Shown here: in pieces, positions 1 through 13,371 of the stretch
Position numbering within the stretch: the first letter of the stretch is position 1
Layout: each line of letters opens with the position of its first letter
Assembly: GCA_965242725.1 (NCBI GenBank)
Contig: CBDESZ010000025.1
Span: 320,001-384,000 of the forward strand
Source: Alkalispirochaeta sp.
Lineage (GTDB): Bacteria > Spirochaetota > Spirochaetia > DSM-27196 > Alkalispirochaetaceae
DNA: 64,000 bases
Reading direction: 5' to 3'
Program-made: the position numbers and the translations under genes
The notes under the pieces: generated by a model
The model's input: the letters and a program-made list of their open reading frames with translations, nothing else
The model's database searches: none
Told to the model about the DNA's origin: nothing

Positions 1-1
1 C

Positions 2-328
2 GTCGCTCTATACGGGATCGGCTACGTTCTCTTTCACGACATCATGTTTCACGGTCGGATCAAGGGATGGAGGTTCAAGCCGAAAAATCGCTACCTGAAA
101 CGAATTATCAACGCACACCGGATGCATCACGCGACGGTGACACAGGGGGGAGCGACGAGCTTCAGTTTTCTCTGGGCGCCGAAATTCTATGATCCGGGAA
201 ATCAGGCCGAAGTTGACGCAAAGATGAAGGAAATCCGGGAAATGCAACTGGCGGTGAAGCGTCGGGAACGGGAAAAGGAACAGGAAAGCGGACGTACCGG
301 GTCCGGAGAAGGGGAGAATATTAGTTAA
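2..328 (+). CDS. crtZ: beta-carotene hydroxylase (fatty-acid hydroxylase superfamily), 5'-truncated by window
   Basis: Frame open from base 2: VALYGIGYVLFHDIMFHGR...YLKRIINAHRMHH...SFSFLWAP. Matches the CrtZ His boxes HDxxxH and HxxHH and the SFGFLxAP motif. Confidence 0.8.
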   Translation, partial: VALYGIGYVLFHDIMFHGRIKGWRFKPKNRYLKRIINAHRMHHATVTQGGATSFSFLWAPKFYDPGNQAEVDAKMKEIREMQLAVKRREREKEQESGRTGSGEGENIS

Positions 329-332
329 TCAG

Positions 333-361
333 TAGACTTTGTCCTTCGTCATCACTACTAT
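333..361 (+). promoter_or_regulatory. putative sigma70 promoter, leaderless for ATG at 368
   Basis: TAGACT-N17-TACTAT-N6-ATG; no SD. Confidence 0.55.
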
Positions 362-367
362 TCCCCT

Positions 368-823
368 ATGAAGAAGTCTTTCTATCCGACCCAGGTGGAT
401 CGCAGGGTCGTACGGTTTAACGCACTCCTGACGATACTTACTGCACTGATCGCCGCGGTCACGACGAGCTGGATTCCCATGGCGGTGCTGGCGGCGGATT
501 TTTTCATCCGTGGTTTTCTGCATCCCCGCTGGAGTCTTTTTTCCACGGTATCCACATTCGTGTTGCAGCTCACCGGCGCTCCCTCGGGAAAAATGATATT
601 CTTTCCTCCCAAACAATTTGCAGCGCGGGTGGGTCTTGCATTTTCGTTCACCGCGTTCGTGCTGTTTATGTCGTCGACGGTTCTTCCAGGAATAATTGTG
701 ACGGGAACCCTGGCGCTGTTCGCTGCGCTTGAGTGTTTCTTCAATGTGTGCATGGGATGCATCATCTATAATTCCTTCATCGCGCCGCTGCGAAGACGGA
801 AATCGCTGGAGATGAATCGATAA
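368..823 (+). CDS. DUF4395-type membrane protein
   Basis: VDRRVVRFNA start, PPKQFAARVG motif, C-terminal LECFFNVCMGC, about 4 TM segments. Confidence 0.75.
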   Translation: MKKSFYPTQVDRRVVRFNALLTILTALIAAVTTSWIPMAVLAADFFIRGFLHPRWSLFSTVSTFVLQLTGAPSGKMIFFPPKQFAARVGLAFSFTAFVLFMSSTVLPGIIVTGTLALFAALECFFNVCMGCIIYNSFIAPLRRRKSLEMNR

Positions 824-825
824 TC

Positions 826-2016
826 ATGAGACGGGATACGGAGACAATACGGTTTCAGACGGAGCGATCTCACCACGGTGAACATGGCGTGCCGGTCTAT
901 CTGACCAGCGGATATGTCTTTGATTCGGCTCAGGACGCCGCCGACGCGTTTGCAGGTGAACTGGCTCACCCCCTGTACGGGCGGTTTGACAACCCCAATA
1001 CCGATGAACTTGCGGCACGTCTGGCGAGTCTGGAAGGGTTGGAACGGGGACTCGTGACCGCCAGCGGCATGAGTGCCATCGTAACGAGCATGCTGGGACT
1101 CCTGCGGGCGGGAGATCACGTCGTCGGCAGCGTTCAGGTATTCGGATCGACCCTTTCGCTGCTGAAGGAGTTCCTGCCTCGCTGGGGAATAGAAACAACC
1201 CTCGTCGATCTCCCCGATCTCGCAGCCTGGGAGGCGGCGTGTCAGGACAATACGAGGATGTTCATACTGGAAACGCCGAGCAATCCGGGTCTTGAGATTG
1301 TGGATCTCCGCAAACTCAGCGACATCGCACACAGTCGTGGAATTCTGGTGAATGTGGACAATTGTTTCGCGACTCCGGTCCTCCAGAAACCGGCGGATTT
1401 CGGTGCCGATATCGTCGTCCACTCGGCGACGAAATTTATCGATGGACAGGGGCGGGTTCTCGGCGGTGCGGTGCTGACATCCAATGAGTTGATCGGGGAA
1501 CTCATGCCCTTCTATCGAACCCTCGGTCCGACCATGTCCGCTTTCAATGCATGGGTACTTTCAAGGAGCCTCGAAACCCTCTCACTTCGCATGGAGCGCC
1601 ATTGCGGGACCGCGTCTTTTCTTGCCGGCCGCCTCCAGGAGTATTCCGCAGGCAAACCGAAAGGGCTTTCGGTCGGACGTGTCCGTTATCCGGGGCTGTC
1701 CGATCATCCCCAGTACGAGATCGCATCGAGGCAAATGACGGGAGCGGGGGCTCTCTTCACCTTGGAAGTCGGAGCCGGTCAAAAAGACGCATTTGACTTC
1801 ATGGATCGACTGCGCTGTTTCTCCCGTTCAGTCAATCTCGGAGATGCCCGGTCCATCGTAACCCATCCGTATACAACGACCCACAGTTCTCTCCCGGATA
1901 CCCTCAAGACACGTCTCAATATCACTCCGAATCTCGTACGGGTATCGGTCGGTCTCGAAGACCCCGAGGATCTCTGGGACGACCTCGAGGCGGCTCTGAC
2001 GGCGGACCGCCGCTGA
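826..2016 (+). CDS. metZ: O-succinylhomoserine sulfhydrylase (Cys/Met PLP-dependent family)
   Basis: YGRFDNP, ETPSNP, VDNCFATP, PLP-Lys motif HSATKFIDGQGRVLGG typical of MetZ. Confidence 0.8.
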   Translation: MRRDTETIRFQTERSHHGEHGVPVYLTSGYVFDSAQDAADAFAGELAHPLYGRFDNPNTDELAARLASLEGLERGLVTASGMSAIVTSMLGLLRAGDHVVGSVQVFGSTLSLLKEFLPRWGIETTLVDLPDLAAWEAACQDNTRMFILETPSNPGLEIVDLRKLSDIAHSRGILVNVDNCFATPVLQKPADFGADIVVHSATKFIDGQGRVLGGAVLTSNELIGELMPFYRTLGPTMSAFNAWVLSRSLETLSLRMERHCGTASFLAGRLQEYSAGKPKGLSVGRVRYPGLSDHPQYEIASRQMTGAGALFTLEVGAGQKDAFDFMDRLRCFSRSVNLGDARSIVTHPYTTTHSSLPDTLKTRLNITPNLVRVSVGLEDPEDLWDDLEAALTADRR

Positions 2017-2036
2017 TTTTCCCGGTTTGTCGGGCC

Positions 2037-2065
2037 TTGACCGAATAAACTCGGAATCCTACACT
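2037..2065 (+). promoter_or_regulatory. putative sigma70 promoter, leaderless for fabH
   Basis: TTGACC-N17-TACACT-N6-ATG(2072); no SD. Confidence 0.6.
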
Positions 2066-2071
2066 TCCCCC

Positions 2072-3055
2072 ATGAAAACAGCCGTTACGGTCTTTGACTC
2101 ATACGTGCCCCAGCGGGTTATGTCCAATGATGAGGTTGCCCGACTGGTCGACACATCGGACGAGTGGATTCGCTCCCACACCGGTATCGCCGAGCGGCAT
2201 ATCGCCGCCCCTGAGGAAGCGGCAAGCGACCTGGCCGTGGAGGCGGGGACTCGTGTTCTTGAGCGGAGAGATATCTCTCCCGATCAAATCGACATGATCA
2301 TTGTCGCGAGCTCTACGACGGACTACCCCAACTTCCCGGCGACTGCATCCATCGTTCAGGATCGGCTCGGATGTTCCAATGCCGGGGCGTTTGACATTTC
2401 GGCAGGTTGTACGGGATTCGTATACGGTCTGGAACTTGCGCGGTCCCTCGTTGATGCGGGCTCGTCCGATCGGGTCCTGCTCATCGGTGCGGAGGTTCTC
2501 ACAAAGATCACCAACTGGGACGACCGCAACACATGTGTACTTTTCGGTGACGGCGCCGGGGCGGCGCTTATTGAAGGTACCGATGACGTATCCACTAAGG
2601 TTCTCCGTTCCTTTTTACGCTCACAAGGTGGTGGAGATACCTCGCTTATCCGTCGCGTCGGCGGAAGCCGCACTCCCTTTGACCCCGCTGTGCATACCCC
2701 CGAGGATATGCAGATACACATGGACGGTCGCGCAGTCTATCTCTTTGCAGTCGACGCCGTCGTGAAGACGATCAGGGCGTTGTGCGACGACCAGGGAATT
2801 GAACCCCGGGAGCTGGACTGGATCGTTCCGCATCAGGCCAACGCGCGGATCATTGAAGCGGCGGCGAAACGTCTCAAGCTTCCGACGGACCTCTTCTATT
2901 TGAATCTCGACCGGTATGCAAACACATCTGCGGCGTCCATACCGATCGCGATAACGGAAATGGTGGAACGTGGTCTTTTGCAGAGGGATCAGAAAGTTGC
3001 AACCGTCGGATTCGGTGCCGGACTATCCTACGGCGGAAACCTTCTGCAGTGGTGA
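2072..3055 (+). CDS. fabH: 3-oxoacyl-ACP synthase III
   Basis: DTSDEWI, AGCTGF (Cys), FGDGAGA, PHQAN (His), NTSAASIP (Asn), GFGAGL. Confidence 0.93.
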   Translation: MKTAVTVFDSYVPQRVMSNDEVARLVDTSDEWIRSHTGIAERHIAAPEEAASDLAVEAGTRVLERRDISPDQIDMIIVASSTTDYPNFPATASIVQDRLGCSNAGAFDISAGCTGFVYGLELARSLVDAGSSDRVLLIGAEVLTKITNWDDRNTCVLFGDGAGAALIEGTDDVSTKVLRSFLRSQGGGDTSLIRRVGGSRTPFDPAVHTPEDMQIHMDGRAVYLFAVDAVVKTIRALCDDQGIEPRELDWIVPHQANARIIEAAAKRLKLPTDLFYLNLDRYANTSAASIPIAITEMVERGLLQRDQKVATVGFGAGLSYGGNLLQW

Positions 3056-3114
3056 GGTCCACCCGACGGACAAAGGGCGGACAAGGGGTAATTGAAACGT
3101 AATGCGCCGGCGCG

Positions 3115-3762
3115 TCAGAGGTAGAGCTGCACGCCGGCGTAAAAGAACCCCGCTCCTCCCAGCACAAAGAGATGCCAAATCATGTGGTAGTAGGGAACTC
3201 GTTTCAGGGCATAGACGATGGTCCCCAGACTGTAGACGACACCACCTGCGACCATGAGGTAGACAAAATGCAGGGGAAGTATCTCCAGGATATCCCGAAT
3301 GCGTATGATTGCAAGCCAGCCCATCGCCAGAAAGAATACAACTTGCCACAGCTTAAAGGATTCCCAGAACAGCACCTTGAGAGTCATTCCGGTAATCGCG
3401 AGCATCCATACAAACATCAGCGTTCTATAGGACCACGATGTTCCGATAACCGTCATGATGGGGGTATAGGTCCCGGCAATCAGGAGAAATATGGAGAGGT
3501 GGTCCATGAGCCTGAACAATCGTTTCCAGGAAGAACCCCGGGGACTCAGGTGATAGAGGGTTGAGGCACTGAATAGCAGGATCATCGTGAATCCAAAGAC
3601 AATGTACGCCGCCGTTACCATAGGTCCATCACCCTTCATACCAAGGGCGATCGTCCCGCCAATCGCGAGAACAACACCGATGAGATGAGATATTCCGTTT
3701 GCAAGCTCCTCCCTCGGCGTGTCGTGGGAGTGGAGGGAAATATGCCGTGTCAGCCAGTTCAT
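3115..3762 (-). CDS. hemolysin III / PAQR family membrane protein
   Basis: EELANGISH, ASTLYH, DHLSIFLLIAGTYTP, HMIWHLFV; 7 TM. Confidence 0.9.
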   Translation of the reverse strand: MNWLTRHISLHSHDTPREELANGISHLIGVVLAIGGTIALGMKGDGPMVTAAYIVFGFTMILLFSASTLYHLSPRGSSWKRLFRLMDHLSIFLLIAGTYTPIMTVIGTSWSYRTLMFVWMLAITGMTLKVLFWESFKLWQVVFFLAMGWLAIIRIRDILEILPLHFVYLMVAGGVVYSLGTIVYALKRVPYYHMIWHLFVLGGAGFFYAGVQLYL

Positions 3763-3769
3763 TTGGGGG

Positions 3770-3778
3770 ATGATAACA
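3770..3778 (-). promoter_or_regulatory. putative extended -10 promoter, near-leaderless
   Basis: minus strand TGtTATCAT-N7-ATG; no SD. Confidence 0.45.
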
Positions 3779-3870
3779 GAGTGATTCCATTCGGTATATC
3801 CTCACACGCACATCGTTGTTGAGAACGAAATTTCCTGCAAGGAAATCTCCTTTCCACCGGATTCGCTCTT

Positions 3871-3898
3871 TTTACGTATCCCCCATTCGCCATATACT
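3871..3898 (+). promoter_or_regulatory. putative sigma70 promoter, leaderless for upp
   Basis: TTTACG-N16-TATACT-N6-ATG(3905); no SD. Confidence 0.55.
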
Positions 3899-3904
3899 GA
3901 CGCC

Positions 3905-5014
3905 ATGGATAAGGTAGTTTTACGCGCTCGGGATCTCGACGAATATCTGACGGACAGTGATCGGTCACTGGTAGCAGAAATGGACGGACTCTACGCGCAG
4001 GCGCTGGAGACGATGAAGGTACTCAACAGTGCCCCCAATGAACAGCGGCAACAACGGGCAAAACAACGTCTCATAGAACTGTATCAGGTCATGGGTGATC
4101 GCATGCAGGAGCTTATCGGTGAGGAAGAGCGGGTAAAAGTCTACTCCTTCCAGACACCCCGGGCCGTTCACGGGGAAGCTTCCCGACTGATCGCCAAACT
4201 TCGGGATACAAGGACGCCTCAAAGCGAGTTTGTCTATTATATACAACGGGCGTATGAGCTTCTCTTCAATCTGGCCTATGCGGAACCGGACAATCACCAC
4301 AAGAACCATCTGATTGTACGGACCCCGGTAACGGACCCGGTACAGAACTTTGCGGTTCACAAGATTCCTGATGTCGACGAGGTTCTGGAAAACACGGTGA
4401 TGTGCGTGATGCTGCGGGGGGCGCTCCTGCCGTCCATGATCATGTCCAAGGAAATTCAGGAGTATACGTCAACCCGATATGTCACCCCTTTCGCCCTTTT
4501 TCGCATCAGCCGGGACGACAATAAGATGGAATCCAACATGGAGTACATTCTTGATCTTGATCGCTCCTACTTTGAACTTGAATCACTTGATGGAAAGGAT
4601 CTGATTTTCGCCGATCCGATGAACGCCACCGGAGGGAGTCTGGTAACGATCATTCAGTATCTTCACAGTCAGGGAATCCATCCGCGGTCGGTGCGATTTT
4701 TCAACGTGATCTCGGCGCTGAAGGGGTCTCTCAGGATCGTCCGTGCCATAGATGTTGCGACGGTATATACCCTCTGGATGGATCCCGTCCTGAATGAAGC
4801 GGCGTACATACTTCCCGGACTTGGTGATGCCGGAGATCGCCTCAACGGCAGCGATTCCGAAGAGGCGCCGAGAAACATCATTCAGCTGATTGCGGACTAT
4901 GGAGCAACCGTCTCAAACCTCTACCGATCGCAGGTCAGGGAAATTGAACAAACCGTACTCGGTCACGTTGCAGCGCGGCGGAGAAACCGGGGTGCTTCCG
5001 CCGACGGTAACTAA
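3905..5014 (+). CDS. upp: uracil phosphoribosyltransferase, long spirochaete type with N-terminal extension
   Basis: PRPP loop ADPMNATGGS, uracil-binding YILPGLGDAGDRL, LRD..T...EF motif. Confidence 0.85.
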   Translation: MDKVVLRARDLDEYLTDSDRSLVAEMDGLYAQALETMKVLNSAPNEQRQQRAKQRLIELYQVMGDRMQELIGEEERVKVYSFQTPRAVHGEASRLIAKLRDTRTPQSEFVYYIQRAYELLFNLAYAEPDNHHKNHLIVRTPVTDPVQNFAVHKIPDVDEVLENTVMCVMLRGALLPSMIMSKEIQEYTSTRYVTPFALFRISRDDNKMESNMEYILDLDRSYFELESLDGKDLIFADPMNATGGSLVTIIQYLHSQGIHPRSVRFFNVISALKGSLRIVRAIDVATVYTLWMDPVLNEAAYILPGLGDAGDRLNGSDSEEAPRNIIQLIADYGATVSNLYRSQVREIEQTVLGHVAARRRNRGASADGN

Positions 5015-5030
5015 GTGAGGTGTAGTTCGG

Positions 5031-6023
5031 GTGCGTGACGTAAGGATGTCCGGCAGGGCCGGCGCGAAATGGATCGCCGTCGCCGCCGTGCTGCTCATTT
5101 TCGGTTCATGCGTCTCCCGCGTAAGCTACCGGGAATTGGCCCAGGAATATTACAACCTGGGAAACGCCTTTTTTGATATCGGTGACTTTGAGCGCTCGTA
5201 CGAATATTACACCCGGGCTTTGGAGCTGGATGACTCGCTTCCCGCGACGGGGTATAACCTTGCGCGCCTGCACGTTCAGCGTGGCGAGTACAAAGAGGCG
5301 GAGGAGGTGATCGCCCGCCTGATTATGAACGATCCTGAAAACAGCCTCTATCGCGAAACCGCCGCCTATATCCGGTTTCGTGCCGGTTTTATCGATGACG
5401 CCCGGGAACGGTATCGTGCACTGATAGATGAATTCCCCGGACGGTCTCGCCTGTACTACAACCTCGCCGTACTCGAGATGGGCGAAGAACGACCGGCGGC
5501 GGCGTACCGCATTCTGAACGATGGGTTCCCCTTCGCCAGGGACGATCTGGATTATCTCTGGCTCATGGCCGAGGCGGCGTACCGCGGAGAAAACCACGAC
5601 GAAGTGGAGCGTCTGCTTGACCGGTACAGGACGACTGCCCAGGACGATGAAACCGCGCTCATTCAGCTGGCGGAGCGTTATGCCGACTGGGGGTATGGAT
5701 TGGCGGCACTGGACGTTATCGGTCATCTCTCCGACGACGCCCGGGGCCGGAGTGACCTCGCCTTCCTTGAAGCCGGGCTGCTGCTGACGGGAACGACCGA
5801 CTTTGATCGGGGCATTCGGCGATTGCGGGACGCCCTGGAAGGCGGCTTTGAGGATCACGATCGATTGTTATCGTTGCTCCATGACGTGCCGCCCGGGGAC
5901 GAGCCGACTATTCGGGAGCTTCTCGATGAGTTTGAAATTCCTCTCGAAGGTCCGGAGATCGATGTAGAGAATACCGACGGTGAAAAGGAAAACGAGTCGA
6001 CGACCGACGACGCAACATCATGA
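5031..6023 (+). CDS. TPR-repeat lipoprotein (start may be ATG 5046)
   Basis: signal peptide ending IFGSC; YYNLGNAFF..GDFERS.EYY.RALELD TPR motifs. Confidence 0.8.
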   Translation: MRDVRMSGRAGAKWIAVAAVLLIFGSCVSRVSYRELAQEYYNLGNAFFDIGDFERSYEYYTRALELDDSLPATGYNLARLHVQRGEYKEAEEVIARLIMNDPENSLYRETAAYIRFRAGFIDDARERYRALIDEFPGRSRLYYNLAVLEMGEERPAAAYRILNDGFPFARDDLDYLWLMAEAAYRGENHDEVERLLDRYRTTAQDDETALIQLAERYADWGYGLAALDVIGHLSDDARGRSDLAFLEAGLLLTGTTDFDRGIRRLRDALEGGFEDHDRLLSLLHDVPPGDEPTIRELLDEFEIPLEGPEIDVENTDGEKENESTTDDATS

Positions 6024-6121
6024 CGGTCCGACGGAACCTCTATCTGTTCTGTGTATTTGAGTCGGCCGGGCCCGATCGTCGTTGCTTCAAGACACCCGGC
6101 GGCGTACACCGTCGGTTAATG

Positions 6122-6751
6122 CTAAAGGGAAAGGACCCGTCGCAAGGTACCAAACACCTCTTCCGGGGCGGGAGCGGCATCCACATCGATCAACAGGTCG
6201 CGGCTGCGATAGTACTCGACAAGGGGTGCCGTCTGTTTCTGATACACTTCCAGACGCGTCGCAATTGATTCTTCCCGATCGTCTTCACGCTGAATCAGCT
6301 CTTCTCCCGTTACATCGTCTTTATCCGCAGCCATTGGGGGATTAAAAAGAACGTGGTACGTACGACCGCTGGCTGGATGGATTCGCCGTCCCGAGAGGCG
6401 CTTGATCACCTCGTGATCGGGCAACACAAAATTGATTGCATGATCTATTGCTACCATTTCCGAAAGCGCGTCAGCCTGCGGAATGGTCCGCGGAAATCCG
6501 TCAAGGATGAATCCATCCTTTGTGTCTTCCCGGGCGAGTCGATCCCGAACAAGTTCAATGGTCAATGAATCCGGAACGAGATCACCGCTGTCCAATATCG
6601 CTTTTACCTTTTTTCCCAGGTTGGTTTTGTTCTTGATATTGGCCCGAAAGATATCACCAGTAGAAATATGAGGAATTGCTGCGGCTTCAGCGACCTTTAC
6701 GGCCATTGTGCCTTTTCCGGCGCCCGGCGGTCCAAGAAAAATGAGATTCAC
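6122..6751 (-). CDS. adk: adenylate kinase
   Basis: GPPGAGKGT, HISTGDIFR, DGFPRT, LID domain; SD AGGAGG before GTG. Confidence 0.97.
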   Translation of the reverse strand: MNLIFLGPPGAGKGTMAVKVAEAAAIPHISTGDIFRANIKNKTNLGKKVKAILDSGDLVPDSLTIELVRDRLAREDTKDGFILDGFPRTIPQADALSEMVAIDHAINFVLPDHEVIKRLSGRRIHPASGRTYHVLFNPPMAADKDDVTGEELIQREDDREESIATRLEVYQKQTAPLVEYYRSRDLLIDVDAAPAPEEVFGTLRRVLSL

Positions 6752-6782
6752 CCTGTGCCTCCTACTGGATTATGTATCGAGT

Positions 6783-6811
6783 ATAGTAGGGGGATCGGTC
6801 CATATGGTCAA
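6783..6811 (-). promoter_or_regulatory. putative sigma70 promoter of adk
   Basis: minus strand TTGACC-N17-TACTAT. Confidence 0.55.
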
Positions 6812-6817
6812 CAAAAT

Positions 6818-6846
6818 TTGCCCGCGCCGTCGCAATGTAATACTGT
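6818..6846 (+). promoter_or_regulatory. putative sigma70 promoter, leaderless for ORF 6853
   Basis: TTGCCC-N17-TACTGT-N6-ATG; back-to-back with the adk promoter. Confidence 0.45.
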
Positions 6847-6852
6847 TACAGT

Positions 6853-7212
6853 ATGAACGTATGGGATGAGATCCAACAGAATGTTTCAAAACGTTCCCGG
6901 GAGTGGTTGTCCTGGGCAAAACAACACGCCCAGGAGATCGGGGAGGCCGGTGTGCGTCATATCGAACGCCAGGATCTACTGTCGGAACGGAAACAGCTTG
7001 TCCATCGAATCGGCGAGGAAGTGGTAAATCGCTTTCTTGTGGAAGACAAGAAGACGATACGTCAGGATTCCCCGGAGATTCGGGAACAACTTGAACGAAT
7101 CCATATGATAGATACCCGACTCAGTACCCTTGAGGCGTCGGACAGAAGGGACAATGAGGAGACGACGGAAAATAACGCAAAAAGTGACGATAACTATCCC
7201 GAAACCAGTTGA
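6853..7212 (+). CDS. hypothetical helical protein
   Basis: 119-aa ORF with coiled-coil-like composition filling the gap between adk and rrn. Confidence 0.7.
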   Translation: MNVWDEIQQNVSKRSREWLSWAKQHAQEIGEAGVRHIERQDLLSERKQLVHRIGEEVVNRFLVEDKKTIRQDSPEIREQLERIHMIDTRLSTLEASDRRDNEETTENNAKSDDNYPETS

Positions 7213-7238
7213 CCTGTCGGCGGGGAATTTGGTAGGTT
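7209..7238 (+). promoter_or_regulatory. rrn P1-like promoter
   Basis: TTGACC-N18-TAGGTT upstream of 16S. Confidence 0.45.
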
Positions 7239-7321
7239 TCCGCTCGCGTCGCACGGGTGAAACCGGAGGCGCCGACAACAGAGGGTGGTCAGGAAGCTTG
7301 AAAGAAAAGCAGCTGAAGTGG

Positions 7322-7351
7322 TTGACACGGAGAGCTGAGAACGAGTAGAGT
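7322..7351 (+). promoter_or_regulatory. rrn P2-like promoter
   Basis: TTGACA-N18-TAGAGT. Confidence 0.55.
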
Positions 7352-7443
7352 GACCATCCGCCGCACGAACACCGGACGACACACAAGCACACGCGGGACG
7401 TCACGAGAGGGAACGAGTGTGTAGACGACGGTGAGTGAGGCGA

Positions 7444-7454
7444 GCTCTTTCACA
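7444..7454 (+). promoter_or_regulatory. rrn leader boxA-like antitermination element
   Basis: GCTCTTTCACA versus consensus TGCTCTTTAACA. Confidence 0.6.
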
Positions 7455-7551
7455 TGGAATAATAGAGAAGGGAAGGACGCGTAACGCGAAGAAGCGGGTT
7501 CAGTTGATTACTTGAAATGGTAAGCGTCTCTGTTTACAGAGGCGTTAATAG

Positions 7552-9094
<1,543 letters not shown>

Positions 9095-9284
9095 TACGAG
9101 AAAGGTCACATCGACAGCTGTCTTTTTTTGGCAGTGCCGTTGATGGCGGTTGGCAACAACCGCAACACGTTCGGTATCGATTCGCGTCGATGACCGGACA
9201 AGGGTCGTTGACCCGGATGGTCGGATGCATGCTGCATCGACCGTCCACCCCGCTTCTTCCTGCGTCCTTCTCTTTCTTTTATAT

Positions 9285-9358
9285 GGGCCTGTAGCTCAGT
9301 CGGTTAGAGCACTTCTCTGATAAGGAAGGGGTCACTAGTTCGAGTCTAGTCAGGCCCA
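9285..9358 (+). tRNA. tRNA-Ile(GAT), CCA not encoded
   Basis: GGGCCTG/CAGGCCC acceptor stem, GCTC/GAGC D stem, CT-GAT-AA anticodon loop, TTCGAGT T loop. Confidence 0.97.
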
Positions 9359-9423
9359 GTTAAAGCGATACGAACGGTATCGCCTTTTTTAGCGAATCAT
9401 CTGCCGGAAGGTCGTTGGTTCTG

Positions 9424-9435
9424 TGTTCTTTTACA
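9424..9435 (+). promoter_or_regulatory. rrn spacer boxA-like element
   Basis: TGTTCTTTTACA upstream of 23S. Confidence 0.55.
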
Positions 9436-9668
9436 GCATAATAGGGAAGGGAAGGAAGAAGAGACGCAAAGCGCGTTGACTTGCGACACGAGAGGTGTGT
9501 ATGCACCGAACGGAGGCGTGAGGACAACGCAAGAGCGAGCAAGCAAGAAAGAAAACGAGTTCGTTTGTGAACCGAACCGCGAAGCGGTGAGGAGCATGAA
9601 CAGTGTGCGAGCCGCGCTTTTCAGGAAGTGGTGGTGCGTGCATATAGAGCGTCGTGAGAGACTCATAT

Positions 9669-12606
<2,938 letters not shown>

Positions 12607-12788
12607 ATATGAGTCATCTCAGGACGCTCTAATAACGCGTATCGACGGCCAATCGGTCGTCGATCCAGCTTGCCGCGTTTCATGCAGTGATGTCGAATAT
12701 CCGCTTCACTGCTCTTGTCGGTGCGTTCCTCGCTACTTGGTAGCTCCGGTACGCACCTTCTTCCTTCCGCCCAACTACGTAATTATTA

Positions 12789-12902
<114 letters not shown>

Positions 12903-12946
12903 TTTTTTTATGTCCATACGCCCAACGGGCGTGTGGACATAAAAAA
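12903..12946. terminator. long hairpin after 5S (T-run in 5' arm, A-run in 3' arm)
   Basis: TTTTTTATGTCCATACGCCC-AAC-GGGCGTGTGGACATAAAAAA; not a classical hairpin followed by a U tract on either strand. Confidence 0.45.
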
Positions 12947-12968
12947 CTCTATTGGAGCGACGACATCA

Positions 12969-13311
12969 GGGTCGTACCGGACCGGCGGAGCCGGGAGGAA
13001 CGATCCCGACACCGGAGGCGAGGCGTGGACCGGAAACGGGTCGTACCGCAGCCGTAGGCGAGGAACGATCCCGGGAAGGGAGGACCACGCCGGTGGCGAA
13101 GGCACGGAGTGCCGGAGCTCGTCGCCAGACGTTTTTTATTGCCCGAATGGAACGAGGGCGTTAGAAAACGTCTGGGATCAGGCGCGTACCCACTGGAACG
13201 CGCCGCGATACCTCGAGCGTGGACCGCAGGAGAAGCCGAGGGCCACGCGGGACCCGAGCACGATTGTGCGAGGGAGACGTTTTTTATTGCCTCGATAAAC
13301 GCAATGAAAAC
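12969..13311. repeat. nested GC-rich hairpin repeat array with copies of the 5S 3' end
   Basis: GGGTCGTACC...GGAACGATCCC at 12969-13007 and 13038-13072; AGACGTTTTTT at 12898, 13127 and 13275. Confidence 0.75.
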
Positions 13312-13371
13312 AACAGCTGTGATGCCCCGTGAAGCGGTCGACCCTCTGATGACGGGAGTGCCGTCAACACC

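Noticed and set aside
12969..13291. CRISPR array interpretation of the trailer repeats
   Set aside because: Repeats are few, nested and unevenly spaced, with no constant spacer length and no cas genes
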